Numbered from the stretch's first letter, positions 1 to 15,130 are shown. The stretch is 64,000 nucleotides of DNA from Octopus sinensis (GCF_006345805.1 NC_042998.1:122264001-122328000); one strand, 5' to 3'. Notes: generated from the letters alone by a model not told the origin. Numbers and translations: made by a program.

Positions 1-82
1 CAAGTCTAAGGGGTCATACAGTGGGAGTGAACCTGAAGCCACATGGATGCAAAGTGAACTTCTTAACCACAGAACCATACCT
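1..82 (-). mobile_element. Partial head of tRNA-derived SINE family A, running off the window edge
   Basis: The reverse complement reads GTATGGTTCTGTGGTTAAGAAGTTCACTTTGCATCCATGTGGCTTCAGGTTCACTCCCACTG, a diverged match to the family A heads at 29956 and 46071. Confidence 0.65.
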
Positions 83-1686
83 ACTTAAAACATTTTGTCT
101 TGCTGTAGAATAATATTACACTAATGGTATGAACTGTTCTATACACCAGTTAGTCATGTAAGAAATACATTTGCCTCAAGAGGAAACCAGAATGTGCTAA
201 AAACCAGTTGTAATATCGTTAAGTCATATGAGTTGCCAAAATTATTTGAAGCTACAGCCAAATATAATTTTGCAGCAATACTGAATGCTTTAAATATTAA
301 ATATGTTTTCACAAAACAGTGGAGAAGGAGAAAGGAGCAAAAATGTCAATGACCACACATACACACTCACAAAATACACATGCACACACATACTCACACA
401 CGCACACACTCACACATGCACACACACACACTCACACATGCACTCACACATGCATGCGTGCACGCACACACATTCACATACGTGTACACACATACACACA
501 AATTTCATTAAAGACACAACTATGTTAAAATTTTATCTTTTTTTCTTTAGATTTTTTTGTATTTCTGTCTTAGTTTTTTTTTTGAGCTAGTTTGCAATAA
601 TAAAGTTCCTAAATTTATATTCAACATTTTCAGCTTTTCATAGTCTCATTTTGTAAAACCTCACAAAACACATTACACCTGACCATAAACTTAAACTGAT
701 TATATACTACAAAAACATCAAAACACCAAATTTCCTTGTCATCAACACATCACAAGCATGTAAACCTGAGAACAAGCTACTAATGACCACTGCAATTGAT
801 TAATTTGACTATAAAACTGAAAGTTGTAAACTCTTGGACTCTAGCTGTTATACTGGACATACTTGTGCAACACTATTATAGTCTCACCATATATTTACAA
901 TGAGAAGCAATTGCAAAACACTATACTACACGCCAAAAAACAAAGATTGAAAAATGTTATAATACTAATTCTATAAAACTCCTCACAAAATCATAGGATT
1001 AATCATGGAAGCTATTCTCATATCACAACACAATACTGTGCAATACATGCAAAACACATTTAAAAAAATTGACATATGGCCACTGGTACGAAAACCTAAT
1101 GGTCAGAAATTTGATCACAACAAAATAAATTAATATGTAACTGCTGACATAAAAGCCTAACAGTCAAAAAAGCCTTTGGCAGAAAAGTCTTTATGAATAT
1201 AAGAAACAATGCAGATTCGAAATCTATTTCAATTCTTGAAAATTAGACTGTGAAGGTGTCTGGAAACAGTGAATATGAATTTAAGATCTTTATTGTTCCA
1301 AACTAGCTGCAAGAAAACTATTAGGCTAAATATCTAAAACAAAAAAAAAAATGATAAAATTCAAAGACAGTTGTAATGTCAATGAAACATATATAAATGT
1401 ATGTGTGTATGTGTGCATGTTTGATTACATTTGCACTTTCATAAAAATCACTGAGGTACCAGTCATATTGCTGCTGTCATTTCCCCCGTCAACAAATCAA
1501 CTTCTGGCTTTGTGCCTTCAAAGGTTTGTAGAATAAGTGATCCTTTACTTGAAAAACAGGTCAGGGTTAGTGACAGGAAAGGCATCCAGCTGTAAAACAA
1601 TGCCACAGTAATATATTCATCTAATGCTAACATGGAAAAAAAATGAGGATGAAAAATTGAACTGAAAAATGTGTGGTGTGTGTGTG

Positions 1687-1896
<210 letters not shown>

Positions 1897-2849
1897 GATT
1901 GTGTGTTGTGTGTGATTATGTGTGTTTGTGTGTGTGTGCATGCACATGTGTGTTTGTGTGTGTGTGTATGTATATATATATATATATTTTTTAATATGAG
2001 TAGATGGAATGAACAGGCTTTATTATAAATCTTATAAATCACTCACTTCAGTTGTTTGGGTGCATCAGTATCAGCTGGTAAGTGCTAAATGTTACATACA
2101 CTATACACACGATTGCATTAATATGATCCAATAATAGCTGTATACATGCATGTCTCCAAGTGAGTAGAGTCCAAATCATTGCTTGATCATCTTCAGTTCC
2201 TCTTTGTTTATACCTATACCATTATGTTATTTTTAATATTCCATTGATGACGGACAACACAGAAATACAAAAGAGATACAAATGAAAAAAAATTAATGGA
2301 AAATAAAAAAAAAATAAAGTAACCCCTTTTTCTCTCCATTCATGATCGCAAATTTGTCTTGACTTTTAGGAAAATAAATGACCATTCTAAGATAATAATG
2401 TAAAATGATAAACATGAACAAGTACTTGTCCTTTGTATCTGTTACTGTTACACTTCAGAGGAAATCAGTGGCTTATGGTCAGTTCCTTAGCATAGCAGGA
2501 AACCAAAACTTGTCTACTTACAGACTTCATTTTGGCTTTATAGCATTACTGTTGCTGGGCTTTGTTGCAGTTGATTTAGAAGTCATTAAGAGAGGTTATT
2601 AAATAAAGATTTACTTGCACATACCCTAACTCTATTGTTGGATCATATTAATGCAATAATATATATAAAATATATATACAACTTGCTGATACTGATGCAC
2701 CAAAACAATTTCAGTGAGTGTTAATAAAGCCTCTTCATTCATCTTCTTGCACTAAAATTCTTTTGTATGAACTCTAAGGATAGTTGCAGATTTCCGCATG
2801 TATATCCAGTAAGAGAAGTCCTGAAGAGGAGCTTTGGAAAGCATGCTAT

Positions 2850-3250
2850 AAATTGTTACCAGATAAAGAAGTGCTGAGCTCTAATTATGGAGGGTACCTG
2901 TAGAAAGAGTAGACCCAGGAAGATGTGAAAGAATCTTCAGAGTCTCATTGAGGAAATGACAAGGGACTGGGAGATGTGACGATTTGCTGTACATGATAAG
3001 ATGCATCAAGCTAAGTAAAATCATACATACAGGTCTGTCCTTTCAGGTGCTGGTGCCACTTAAAAAGTATCCATGTCTGTGCTGTGGCATGTAAAAAGTA
3101 CCCAGCACACTCTGTTAAGTGGTTGGCATTAGGAAGGGCATCTAGCCATAGAAACCATATAACAACAGACAGTTGGAGTCTGGACAGCTTCATATCAAAC
3201 CATCCAATCCATGCTAGCATGGAAATCGGATGTTAAATAATGATGATGAT
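2850..3250 (+). mobile_element. 3' end of an RTE-clade LINE (PHD-insert family): degenerate ORF C-terminus, 3'UTR and (GAT)n tail
   Basis: There is a degenerate EGT-RKSRPRK-like segment near 2890-2925. It is followed by the abundant 3'UTR (GTGGTTGGCATTAGGAAGGGCATC...CCATGCTAGCATGGAAATCGGATGTTAAA) and TGATGATGAT. Boundaries are approximate. Confidence 0.7.
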
Positions 3251-3524
3251 ATATATATACAATGTATGGCAGAATACTAAGTAAGCATGGTATAGATAGT
3301 TACCAGGCAATGCTCTCCTTTGTCCAGTGCAAATAGCACTGAGGTAGGAGGTTGGCTATAAGAATGATCTTCATTGAACAGGTATGGAATAAAGAGAGAC
3401 AAAAACAAAAGTAAGCATAAGGAATGTGTTCACATGGAAGTTGCATATACCATTTATTTGTATATGCAACTTACTACGCAAATACATTTCTGACACCTAC
3501 TTTTGTTTACCTGTCTTTTCTCTT

Positions 3525-3570
3525 CATATATATGTATATATATATATATATAGATATATCACTCTTTCCT

Positions 3571-3668
<98 letters not shown>

Positions 3669-3760
3669 TTTATATATATATATGTATATATATGTATGTA
3701 TATTAAATATATATGCACATATATATATATTTATTTATATATATGTTAGGAGAGAGTGAG
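3525..3760. repeat. Compound (TA)n/(TG)n microsatellite
   Basis: Read directly. Confidence 0.95.
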
Positions 3761-4830
3761 AGAGAGAAAGACAGGTAATGCATTTTACAATAGAAGTTGG
3801 GATGTCTTTGTTACGTAATTTTGAGAAAGCATCTATAATTTAAATTGACATTGCAACTCCCCCTCTAGCAATCTTTTCTCAGATACCTTTAATAATATAG
3901 AAACCAGTAATGAAATATATATATTCTTTTTTTTTATATATATATATCACCAAAACTTTAGGATAAGCAAGTTCCTGCTGACAAAAAGAGAGATTACAAA
4001 CTGAATTTTATCTTTCTTCTGTAGAAAAAATTTCTAGTTTTAATCCTGCTATAAGAAATCCACTCACTCAAATAAATAAACAGCTTTCCAACTGTTTTTT
4101 CTACCTTACAGAGTGTGAAGTCAGTTAAATCTTGCAAGAAGAACATATAATATAGGAAATTAAACTGCCAAGTACAGATAACTGGTTACCAGCTAACTCA
4201 CAATTGTGACATATTTATTGCCATATCATTTCAGTAAAGTGACCTTTCAGAAACAATGAAGTATTATTAAATTTTTGTTGTTATTGTTTCACCATCCCAT
4301 GGATTTTTTTTTTTGCCTATGGCATCATCCAGTTCTACTTTGTCTAATCTAGTCTTTCTGTATATAAGCCATTAAGGTATGATTTGAAGGAAATTTAGTA
4401 GCTAATTCTAGCAGGTTAAGTAACTGCATTTGAAGCTGCATTATTAGCTCATATTATTAAGTATAACAAATTATAAGCAATTACAGAGGTTTCTTCTGTA
4501 ATGTTAACTTTTGATTAAACACATATTTCCTTTAAATTCTTGAGAACATAACAAAATCTTATCTAAAGTTTTACTGGCAGTCAGTAAGTTAATACCTGTT
4601 CATAATTGATAAACACTTTAATGAAACAAAGGTGTAAGGAATCTAGGAGGTAACCCCCTATGTAGTCACTTAACTTGCAAGGAGAAGTGAAAATTCTCAC
4701 TCAATCTATTTGCTTTGTAGATGGGTCAGTCACAGGTAGAAGCATTGACCTGAGATCAAATAACTGCAATAATGTAGGTATGATGGTTTACCCATCAGTG
4801 CTGAGCTGTGTTAGTAGCAATGTCATTTAA

Positions 4831-5051
4831 CCCTTTCATTACCAACCCGACTGAAACTGGCTCTGACTCTAAGTACACAAGTCTTGTTTTCATAAGTTTT
4901 GAATTAAATATCTTCCACCAAACCTTAGTCACAATTTATGTTCCTAACACTAGCTTAATGATAACTAAGTTATCTTACTAAATTCTTTGTTGCATTTAAA
5001 GTAATTGAAAGAAACACAGAGCATCTCAAAATAAATACAGTAACGAAAGGG
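4831..5051. mobile_element. piggyBac-type MITE, 221 bp
   Basis: TTAA at 4827-4830 and 5052-5055 is the target-site duplication (TSD). Terminal inverted repeats (TIRs) are CCCTTTCATTAC and GTAACGAAAGGG, with 1 mismatch in 12. A TTAA TSD with CCC termini is the established piggyBac signature. Confidence 0.85.
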
Positions 5052-6351
5052 TTAACCTCTAACAGAATTGTTCACCTAATTGTAAATAAGTACCTGGATG
5101 AGGTTGAACATACAGTTGTAAGTAAAGATTGACAATACAATTGATATAAGCTTAGAGTCAGAGTCTGAGTAATATTAATTTGTAGTTGATGTTGATAAAG
5201 TATTTGCTTTCAAGTATTTTGCTGTAGACATAAACAGGAATAAAATCTGTACGCTTCAGCCAGCAGACTAGTTATTTATCAAATGTGTGCTGACACAAGA
5301 GTGTAGTTATGATGTTCACTTTGTAACTATATGGTTTTAGATTCAATACCAAAGTACAGCACCTTGGTTAAGTCACTTCAGATATAGCGTTAAATCTGGT
5401 TGATGGAAACTATATGGAAGCTTGACATAAGGATCATTCCTAACTTTGAATGGTAGATTTAAGCTACTGCATGATATAAAGCATATGTCTATGTAACTGT
5501 AAAATGTATATCACTCTATAAAGCTCAGTAGTAAGTTTCCTTACCGCTTCAATTTCAGAAAGACTTTCAAATCACACTGTACCTTAGAAGGAAAGACATT
5601 GAATAATGTAATTCCAGATACGTCGTGTAATTCTAGAAAATTGGATCCAGAAAGCAGACATTAAACGACATCGACGATGATGATTATTGTTTGACAAATA
5701 AAAATGGGATGGGTACAGTTTGAATGCCTTTGATCATAGAAATGCTTGATAAATGTCAATTTGGAGTTCAAGACATCAAAAATATAGCTATCACAAGAGC
5801 AAGGAATTGTTTAGCTTGAAAGATATCTCCTCTTGTGAATTACTGTTGGATCTTCTAGTTTCTAGTATCTTGCCAAGATCTTTACTATTGCTGCAGTATC
5901 TTTCTACCCACAATATCTTACCAAGACAGCTTTATAAATAGTAATCTGCTGATAAAACAACTGCATTTGCAACTTCAAACACCAAACACAAAACAAAACT
6001 TTTTCCAAACATCTCTTCACTCCAACTTATACCATCACCAATTACACACAGTTGTAAAATGTGAAAACGCTAATCCATTCAACTTAACACAGTAACCGAT
6101 CTTCATGGTATTGCTTTCCATAGACTCAATATGAGTTAGAGAAAGCTACTATTCTCATCATGCTCCTCAGTATTTTCTTTCCTTTTACAGAAATCTATCT
6201 CTTCCTATGGAAATACATTTCTTACTTGCTAGGAATGGAAGAATAGTCCCTTGATTCTTGCAGTCCTCTGAGACAGGTGAAATAGATGCCATTAATGCTC
6301 CATTTAAATAGGCAATAATGAGTTCTTCCCAAGCAGAACAATCTCTCTTAA

Positions 6352-6568
6352 CCCTTTAGCATTTAAACTAGCCATATCTGGCCCAAATATTGTACCTGTT
6401 CTATATTCAAACTGGCCAAATCTTGTCTCTCACACCTACTCTACAATATCATATTAAGAGTAAACAATCACATCACTGAAATTTTAAAGCTAAAAGATAA
6501 TGTGTGATTAATTCAAAACAATGTGAAATAAGCATTACATTTGACAAAGTAGTCTGAATGTTGAAGAG
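6352..6568. mobile_element. piggyBac-type MITE, second family, 217 bp
   Basis: TTAA at 6348-6351 and 6569-6572. The left TIR is CCCTTTAGCATT and the right TIR is degenerate (GAATGTTGAAGAG). Confidence 0.7.
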
Positions 6569-9500
6569 TTAATTAATTCAGCTTTCAATCAACAATTAAT
6601 GCAATCTCTGCCAAGCCCAGGCCACTGAATGAGTCTCTGCATGCTTACTTATCCAAATATAGGGTTTCCTTTTCTACCACATTTCACAAGTCATTTCTGT
6701 TACTTCCATGAACTTTTGAAATGTATATAGGTAAGTTGTATTGTAAACTCATTCAACATATTCTAGCACAGATAATTGGATCTTAATCATATCTTGTAGA
6801 AGAGTATTTGTATAAAATAACTAAAAACAGGTGATCAACAATTGGAAGATAAGAATTTTGGTTCTTATTAAAATCATATTGAGATAATTTATATTTATAA
6901 ATAATAATATTTAGTAAATTTTATATGAGATTCAACTAATCCTTTCAAGGCAATTAATGGTTATTGGATTAGATTCATGCTCCAATACAAGTGCAATCAA
7001 ATGACTGAAACAAGTAAAAAAATAAGGCTGGAGAAAAATGAATTCATATGGAATATTCATTTATATATAAGTTAGAGTGCAGAAGATCTGAAAGTGAGTA
7101 ACTACATATTGAAAACCTTAGCCAATAAAAGCAGAAGTAAGTGTGCTGGTCATGTGAACAGGTGATAACTGGTATAAATAGAAAACAATGTTGTAAACTA
7201 ATTGAAGAAGGTGTGTACTACAGAAAAATCCCATGTTGATATGAGAAGAGCTGGTCAAGTAAGACCTTAACATGTTGGACCTTACTTAAAAGATGATACA
7301 TAAAAGAAATTGTAATATGACTAATTGCAGATCTAAATAATTCATACCAACTTGGAAAACAAGTTAAGTGATAATATTGGAACATATTTCTCATCTTTAA
7401 TCTTTACAAAATAATCTCCTGGACAATGATAATGATGATAATGGTGGCAACCATCTCAATGATGACAACGACATCATCACTAGTGATGATGGTGATGCTG
7501 ATTCTTATCATCAAGCTCATCAACATCATTTTTGTAATTGCCTTGGCTGTGATGGATGTCAGGCCACCACTATCTCTACTGTAACTGCCATTATTCTGAC
7601 CATCATTATATAGAGACAATAGCAGCTAAACAAACACAAATACACGGATGCAAGAAGATCCTACTTTACATAGATAAGCAGTGACTTAAACAGTCAGTTA
7701 CATGTTGATAAATATCTAGGCTAGAAATACAAATAGATCGACAGATAGAAATGATCAATAACCCTTAATGCGTCAGTGGATTGTCTCTAAAAGTTTCATG
7801 CTGTAAGTTGAGTTTAATTCAGTACCACAGAACCTAACCTTCTCTAGGTAAGAATATAACTGTAAATTACCAGTATGCAAAGTAAAATTCTGTTGAGTAA
7901 TAATTAGACCTGCATTGTAAATTTGGTAAGTTGCAAACTTAGCTCCAATGTACAATGTTCATACAGAGCTCAACAAATAGACAAAAAGAGAAATTGTTAA
8001 ACATAACAATTGATCGGTGGATATATATACTGTTAGGTATTAACGTCAGCAGTTTGTTTTGAACTGATATATAATGATGCAGAAGAAAGCACTGTGTAAT
8101 CTTGAAAGAAAACAAAGACAAAAAAATGACAAATCCTGATTCTTTAAGCTATGCATACAGAGATTAGGCAGTTTATTGTCTGAGCTTTGGTAGATGCTAG
8201 AAAGGCATTTGTTATGTTAGAAATTAAGTTAAGAAGCTCATGTCAACTAAAATGAGAAACAACTACAAAGTGTGTGAAATGAGAAAAGCAACATCTTACA
8301 TTGTAGTTTGAATCATTAGAAAATATACACTGCTTAAATAAATTATCCTTTGGGAAAAATTGAAAATGTATTTCAATTTAACAAGAGTTCTGGCTATTAT
8401 TTCTATATATTGCCTCTTTTAAATCTATTTCATTAATTTTATATAACCTTCAGGTAATGGTTTTTATTTTAAATTTTATTGTTCTATTTTTTTTTATGTT
8501 CTGCTAAGTTAATTTTCTAACAATTTCACCTAATTATATGCTTTCAGAAAAGATGAGAAATTTTGATCTAATCACAAAAGATATTTCAAATAAATATCAT
8601 TTCCATTTTTTCTCTCGGCATATATAGTTGTTGTAAATAATGAATTTATTTTGCTAATTAAGATAATTTGCCATATGTTGCACTATTTGGAAAAAGTTTT
8701 CATTGGAAAAAGAAGTCTTGGCATTAAATTTAAATTTAAATTTAATATATATATATTCTTGCCTATTGGTAGTGTTAGAGTGGTTATTTGTTAAACATAT
8801 GCATGACTATTTACTGTTTCATTAATGTGTTTTTGTATTGTTAAAAGTATCAAAGTCTTTCATTGCACATTTAATGTCTGTTCACAAGAATGACTGATAT
8901 TATCAACTGTAAAACAAAATAAAAAAAAGTGAATAATAATAGTTAGAGTATTCATTAAATATGAAAACATGACTTTCATAAAATGCAACAATATCTGTTT
9001 CAGCAACAACATTTTTGATCAAATCTCTTGCAAAAAAAAAAAAAAATAATAATTGAGAAATAAATATTTTTAAATACAATTTTACACAATGTGACAGAAG
9101 TAGCATCAGAACGTTCAAGAATGCTAATTTTGATCTTTATTTGAGTAAGAGAAAACACTGTCATAAGTTTCAGATATTTTTACAAGCTATAATGATTTTC
9201 ACATCTTTGATGGTTAGTAATATATCCTTCGATGATCTCTAATTGAGGAGATATAATAGTTATTATTACACCTCTTGTTCTAATAAATTGCTTACCCAGG
9301 TTTTTACTCAATAAATCTTTATTTTAACATTTATGGATCCTAGTTATCTTAAAATTACTGTAGTTATGTTTTAGCTGTATTATTTTTTTCAGTTGTTAAA
9401 AATTTTTTTAAACAAATTATTTGGTTATGTGGGTTGTATATGCAGTCTGTCATAGTAGGATTTAATTCATCTCCATGATTTAAATCTTGCTTGCAGCAGT

Positions 9501-9956
9501 TAAGGCATATAATAATTACTGATATTTGTTTATGTGATCTGGAAATTGATAAATAAAGAATTAACTGAAGTTACAATTACAATATTTCATGGTTTAGAAG
9601 TGATCCTATATCTTAGTCATCTATTATAATTCCTTCCATATTTAGAATGTTATTGCCCCTGCACTTGACTGTTGCTTTATTTTAGACTCTAGAAAGGAAA
9701 AAGGTGAGGTTGACTTTAACAGAATTTGAACTTGAAATGCAAAAGGTTGTAAGCAAATACAATAAGATATTTTGTATTTTTTCTGATACTTAAATGATTC
9801 TGATAAAAAAAAGTTAGTGGACACATTTCTCCTTATGTCATAATTGGTACTAGCAGAAAATAAACTGTTGGATTTCAATAGACAATGAATCTTAACTTTC
9901 ATCATCTAAACTAAATTTACAACTATTATATTAACACATGTTTCCTCAGGTTATTT

Positions 9957-11187
9957 CATCATCATCATCATTTTCACATTTGTTTTCCATGCTTGCATGA
10001 CTGGATGGCTCCTCTTCAATAGTATCTTGTCAATTATGAAGTTTAACACCCTGAAATCTTTTATCACTTCTACCATGCCTTCCCTTTCTTTCAAATCTGC
10101 AGCTTCTTTTCACTTGAATCTCTTGGTACTTCTTTACCCAGCTATCATCATGCATACACACTAAATTCTTGTACCAACACACTTTTCTCTCTGCATACTA
10201 TAATTGATATCTCTTATACTCAGGTTTCCTGTTAGCTTACCCATGCCTCATTCTTCATGCACAATAACATTACACATTCAGCAGAATGTTCTTATTTTAT
10301 TTATTTCTGCTCTTTTCACATCCTCTGTATTATGTCAGTGGCCAGTTACTATGCAACATCTGACTTGTTTATAAACATCATACAATTCACCCTTTGTTTG
10401 AAAAAAAAAAATCCTCTTGTCAGCAGAGGACTTTTCCCACATTCTTCTTATTCTGGTTATGGTGCTTTTAGAGCATCTACTTCTTCAGTTAGTTCGGTCA
10501 TCTAAGTAGTAGAAGTTTTCAACTACTTCTTTGTAGCCTTTCAAACATTTAGAAGAATTTGTTTCACTTGTGCACTTACTGCTAACTACTTATGTGCATC
10601 CACCACATACAACATTTTATTTTGTCTGTCAGACTGCTTGTGATCCAATTTCACCTCTTATGCATCCATACTTTACATTAGGTACACCATATGGAAGTCC
10701 TATTTACACCTTCCCTGCATATTGAGTATGGCCATTTACCTAATTGCAGCATGATCATATCTTCTTTTCTCTTCACTGAAATATTAGTCTTTGTTAGATT
10801 TGCTTTGAAGATTCTCAATTGTAGGTTTTGTTTGTACACCTGGAAGAATTTCTTCTCTTAATCTACCAGACATTCGGTTATAAGTGGTAGTCATCCAATG
10901 GTCTTTAAATCTCATAATGGCCTTGAAAGGTTTTAGTCAAACAAACCAACTGCAGGACTTATTTTTTAAGCATAGTAATAATTCTGTTGGTTTCTTTTGC
11001 TGAACCACTAAGTTACAGGGATGTAAACACACAAACACCAGTTGTCAAGTGGTGATGAGGACAAACACTGTCGCAAAGATGTACATACAGAAATATATAC
11101 ACATGCATGCACACACACGTGCACACACACATATACATGCATGCATGCATCCATACATCCATTCTTCCATCCATCCACCTATACATC

Positions 11188-11225
<38 letters not shown>

Positions 11226-12490
11226 CATACATACATACATACATACATACATACATACATACATACATACATACATACATACATACATACATACGGTGGG
11301 GTTCTTTCAGTTTCTGTCCACCAAATCCACTCACAGGGCTTTGGTTGACTTCAGGTTATAGTAAAAGATACATGCCCAAGGTGCCATGCAACAGGACTGA
11401 ACTTGGAAGCAAGCTTTTTACCACACAGCCACGCCTGCACCTATATTCATCTTTTGCTAAAAACCACCTGACAACAGAGCATGGCATCCTGTTAGAAACT
11501 TTCTCCATATCAGTGAATGTTTACAAGAGTGGTCTCCTCTTAGCTATGAATGTCAGTGTTAACTCTGATCTGGCATCCATCTTAACTGTCTCAGCTCAGA
11601 TAAGCCTCTTCTTTGTCAGTTTGCACTACTGTTATTTCTGTTTAGTTTATAACTTGATCCATCAGTTTTATAGCTGTGTAATTGCTTCTTTCTAGAGCAG
11701 TTGATGAGTATACTGCTTTGTCAGTCTTTGGGGAAGATATTTCTCAGCAGTACCTGATTTACTATGCAAATGACTAACTTGAGCCCTGCTTTGCCAAATA
11801 TTTTCAGTGCCATCAATGACTCTCATTAATATTGTAGCAGCTTTCCTTGCTTTCATATCCTTAACGGCATATAACAATCAACTCTAATAGATAGTATTTT
11901 AGTTGTGTCAACTTGAATTAGTCCTTTCCACACATTTTTTTTATTCAGTAATTTCTTGTAATAACATTTCATACCCTCTTCTCAGCATTATTGTTATGTA
12001 CAGTGCTATTGTTATGAACACATATCTTTTATGAATAACATCTTGATTCGAACTGACACACTGCTTTGTGATGTAGAAACCTAAAGCCCATCAGCTTCTC
12101 ATCACAGGATATTGTGACCTCTTGTTTTTGGCCTCTTTCTGTGCTACATAAACCTAGAACCTAGATTCTCTTCTAGTTACTTGATATAGTTATTTGTTGT
12201 TTCCTTTCTTTCAGTCTTCTGAGTTTGTCCTTTTTGATTTTACATCTATATTTATAGTCCTATTCTGCTGACTATGATGCCTTTTATTTGACAACTACTT
12301 TTCTCCAACCACAGATCTTATGTGGTCCTTAATAGGTTGTCTGCTAGAAATTCCGTTGTCTTGTATGTTGTAGCCCTCTATCTCCTCCTCTTTCTTCTCG
12401 TATTTATTACCTATTACCTCAGTGAACCTATGTTTGGCAGACATCTTTCAATTTCTTTACATTTCTTCTCTAGATTATCTTCGTTTTGTC
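9957..12490 (-). mobile_element. Old, heavily decayed RTE-clade LINE interrupted by a SINE A copy
   Basis: Minus-strand remnants are TFTDMEKVSNRMP near 11480 (DMEKAFDRVP-like), a PHD-like GKWPYSICREGVNRTSIWCT*CKVWMHKR near 10680-10740 and ELYDV/RLYDACV-like sequence near 10380. The (GAT)n tail is at 9957. There are many stops and frameshifts, and the 5' boundary is uncertain. Confidence 0.6.
10915..11441 (-). mobile_element. SINE family A with an expanded internal (CA)n/(CATC)n/(CATA)n tract
   Basis: The head is at 11295-11441 (reverse complement of GGCGTGGCTGTGTGGTAAAAAGCTTGCTTCC...). The internal microsatellite is at about 11085-11294 and the 3' half at 10915-11085. Confidence 0.85.
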
Positions 12491-13233
12491 CCCTAAATTA
12501 AAGATCCCACAAAGGGAGATCAATGAAATAAGTAACAAACTAATATAAGTATTGGGGATATGATCAACTAAATCCTTGAATGCACTGCTCCAGCATGGCC
12601 ACAGTCCATTTAGGGAAACTATCGAAAGAGCAAGATATACTGATGTGCTATTTTGAGAAAGATAGTAATATTTTAATCATTGGTCTTCATTCTATGATGA
12701 AAGGTGCTGTTCAAAAACCATTTCACTTCTTTTGCTGATAGAAATTCATTAGTATTCTTAAATTCTAGTGATTTTGTGATACAGAGCCTGTCTATTCTTC
12801 TTTAAAATCTAAATTATATTTATTATATTTATCTAAATGCTGTTAACATTATATTCAGTTAAATGATAAATATTTCCAATAAGTTGTTGATATTTAAAGA
12901 TAAGATATCTTATATTCTGATAATATATAAAATTTACTATTTGTTAATTTGAACATGTCCAAGAAAAATTTTAAAGGAAATATAAAATACACACATATGT
13001 ACATATGTAAGCATATGTACAAGTATATGTACATATACACTGATGCATGCTCATGTGCTTACAAACATATACACTGTTACATGTAAACCTACATGCATAT
13101 GCATCCACACGAACATATATCTATGCAAAAACACAGCTTCATAATACACACATACATAACTGAAAAGCAACATAGTCACACAGAGAAGTAATTCTCATAA
13201 TCATATAAATGTGGTATACACACACATGTTTGA

Positions 13234-13283
<50 letters not shown>

Positions 13284-14329
13284 TATATATAATATATATA
13301 TATATATATAGGTATGTATACATATATATACATACACACATATATATGTGTATATGCATGTATACATATATATATACATGTATATATTTGTGCACACACA
13401 CATACACACACACACGTATCTATACACATGCCTATGTTAATTCCCAGTCATCTAAATATGCTCCATATGCACACACTTTAGAAAAAGTAACAACATAAAC
13501 TATAGTGTAACAAATAACTGCAACTAACCACAAAGCCATGTGAAGTTACTCAAATATATATACACACACACACACACACACATACATACATATATACATA
13601 CATACATATATATATTTACACTTATACACATATGTATATATATATATACTCAAAGTCACTTAAAACTTATCAATGAACATGCACCTTCATAAGCTTACAT
13701 CCATATAAAACATGTTGCACATGCTTGTACTTATATAAAGCCATGCGGCTACATAAATACTCCCATAAAAAACAATTAAACCTACACATATAAATAAGCA
13801 AATGCATGTGTGTGTATATATACGTACACCACAGATGTACAGATATAAATTAATTAGCTTTGATAGAATTAGCTTATCGTTTTACATCAATTTTCCCATA
13901 TATTCCTTTGCTTCAGGCCGATTAAAGAATTTTCTTTCAATCAAACAAAATACATTACTGATTAGAAATATCTATATATTCATATTATATTACTTTATAA
14001 TACGATACACACACACACACACACATGTAGTTTTTGTTTGCTTTTATGTATTTATTTATCTATCAGTCAGTCTGCCTGTCTGTCAATCTGCCTTGCCTGT
14101 TTATCTATCTCGTTTGGGCAGAGGATACTTCTCGTGTATTTTGCTTTTTGGAATAGGTACATTGTGATATGAATGTTGTTTAATTAATATATTAATGTAG
14201 GCATTAAATGTCTATGCTTGTATGTGTCCTAATTTGGACAGCAGTGAGTTTTGGTTAGGTTTTTGCTTGACATTCTGAAGATTCCAATATCACAAGGATT
14301 GGGAACTCAATAGTCTGAATAATACTGTA

Positions 14330-15130
14330 TCATAGCATCCAGTGGATTCCACTCCTATTATGTAACCTTTAAACTTCCTTAAAAGGGCTGACAAGGGGTT
14401 CACTGCTAGGACAAAAATCATTTCATATAAGCTATCACACTGAAATATTCCTGTTGATAACCTGATTCTGTTTTTTACAATAGTGGTAACTTCAGTTCTT
14501 AATACTAGTTCTATTGTCAGCCCCTTAATGGCTTTGATGATAGCAGCTGGAACCTTAGTAAAGTATAATGACTCTATAATCCATATAAAGAATCAAATGT
14601 CTTCTTATAATGTAGCCATGCAGTCATTCACTTTTAGTGGTGCTGCTTTACTTTCTTAAGGATATTTCTATTGACAAGGGGTTGTTTTGGTATTGTCTCA
14701 AACTCATTTCTTTCCTCCTGCCTGCTCTTCAGTCATTATATTGTGCATTTCACAGTGAACCTGAATGAATGCATTCAAACAACCATTGTATAATTTATAC
14801 ATCACATTCAGACACAATATGGACTTGTAGCTGTTAGCCACATGCATTTCCTGGTTTATAGCTAATAGTGTTATATGTGCAACTGCCAATCTGTCTGACA
14901 TATCAAGCTCAACATTCATTTTTCTTTCAAACTGGTTAATGAGAAATGATCTGTAGGAGTTTTCTATACCAATAGCCCACTATCAGGTTCCTTCTAGATA
15001 ATTTCCTAATCAGTAGTTTTTCAACAACTGTCAGGAGAGTTTCATTATTGATATTATAAGTTTTGAAAAAGATGTTTGCGCAAGACTCACTCCTTAGCTC
15101 ATTAAAAACTTTGTAGCTCATCTAGAAAAG
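14330..15130 (-). mobile_element. Degenerate reverse transcriptase (RT) of an R4/Dong/Rex6-like non-LTR retrotransposon
   Basis: Minus-strand motifs are in RT order: NSYKSILCLNVMYKL, HCEMHNIMTEEQAGGKK, WLHYKKTFDS, KVPAAII and GIFQCDSLYEMIFVLAVNPLSALL. EQAGGKK and GIFQGDSL-type motifs are characteristic of R4-clade RTs as I recall them. Multiple stops are present. Confidence 0.7.

Noticed and set aside
2817-2850. CTGAAGA-GGAGCTTTG-GAAA-GCATGC-TA, a hammerhead look-alike with palindromic stem III
   Set aside because: Stem I and stem II do not pair, and it lies at the edge of a decayed RTE ORF.
7404-7619. Asp/Asn/His-rich open stretch on either strand
   Set aside because: It is a cryptic (GAT/CAT/AAT) repeat with no splice signals or domain.
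14272-14325. CTGAAGA followed by a CCAAT/ATTGG hairpin
   Set aside because: No GAAA, stem III or stem I follows.
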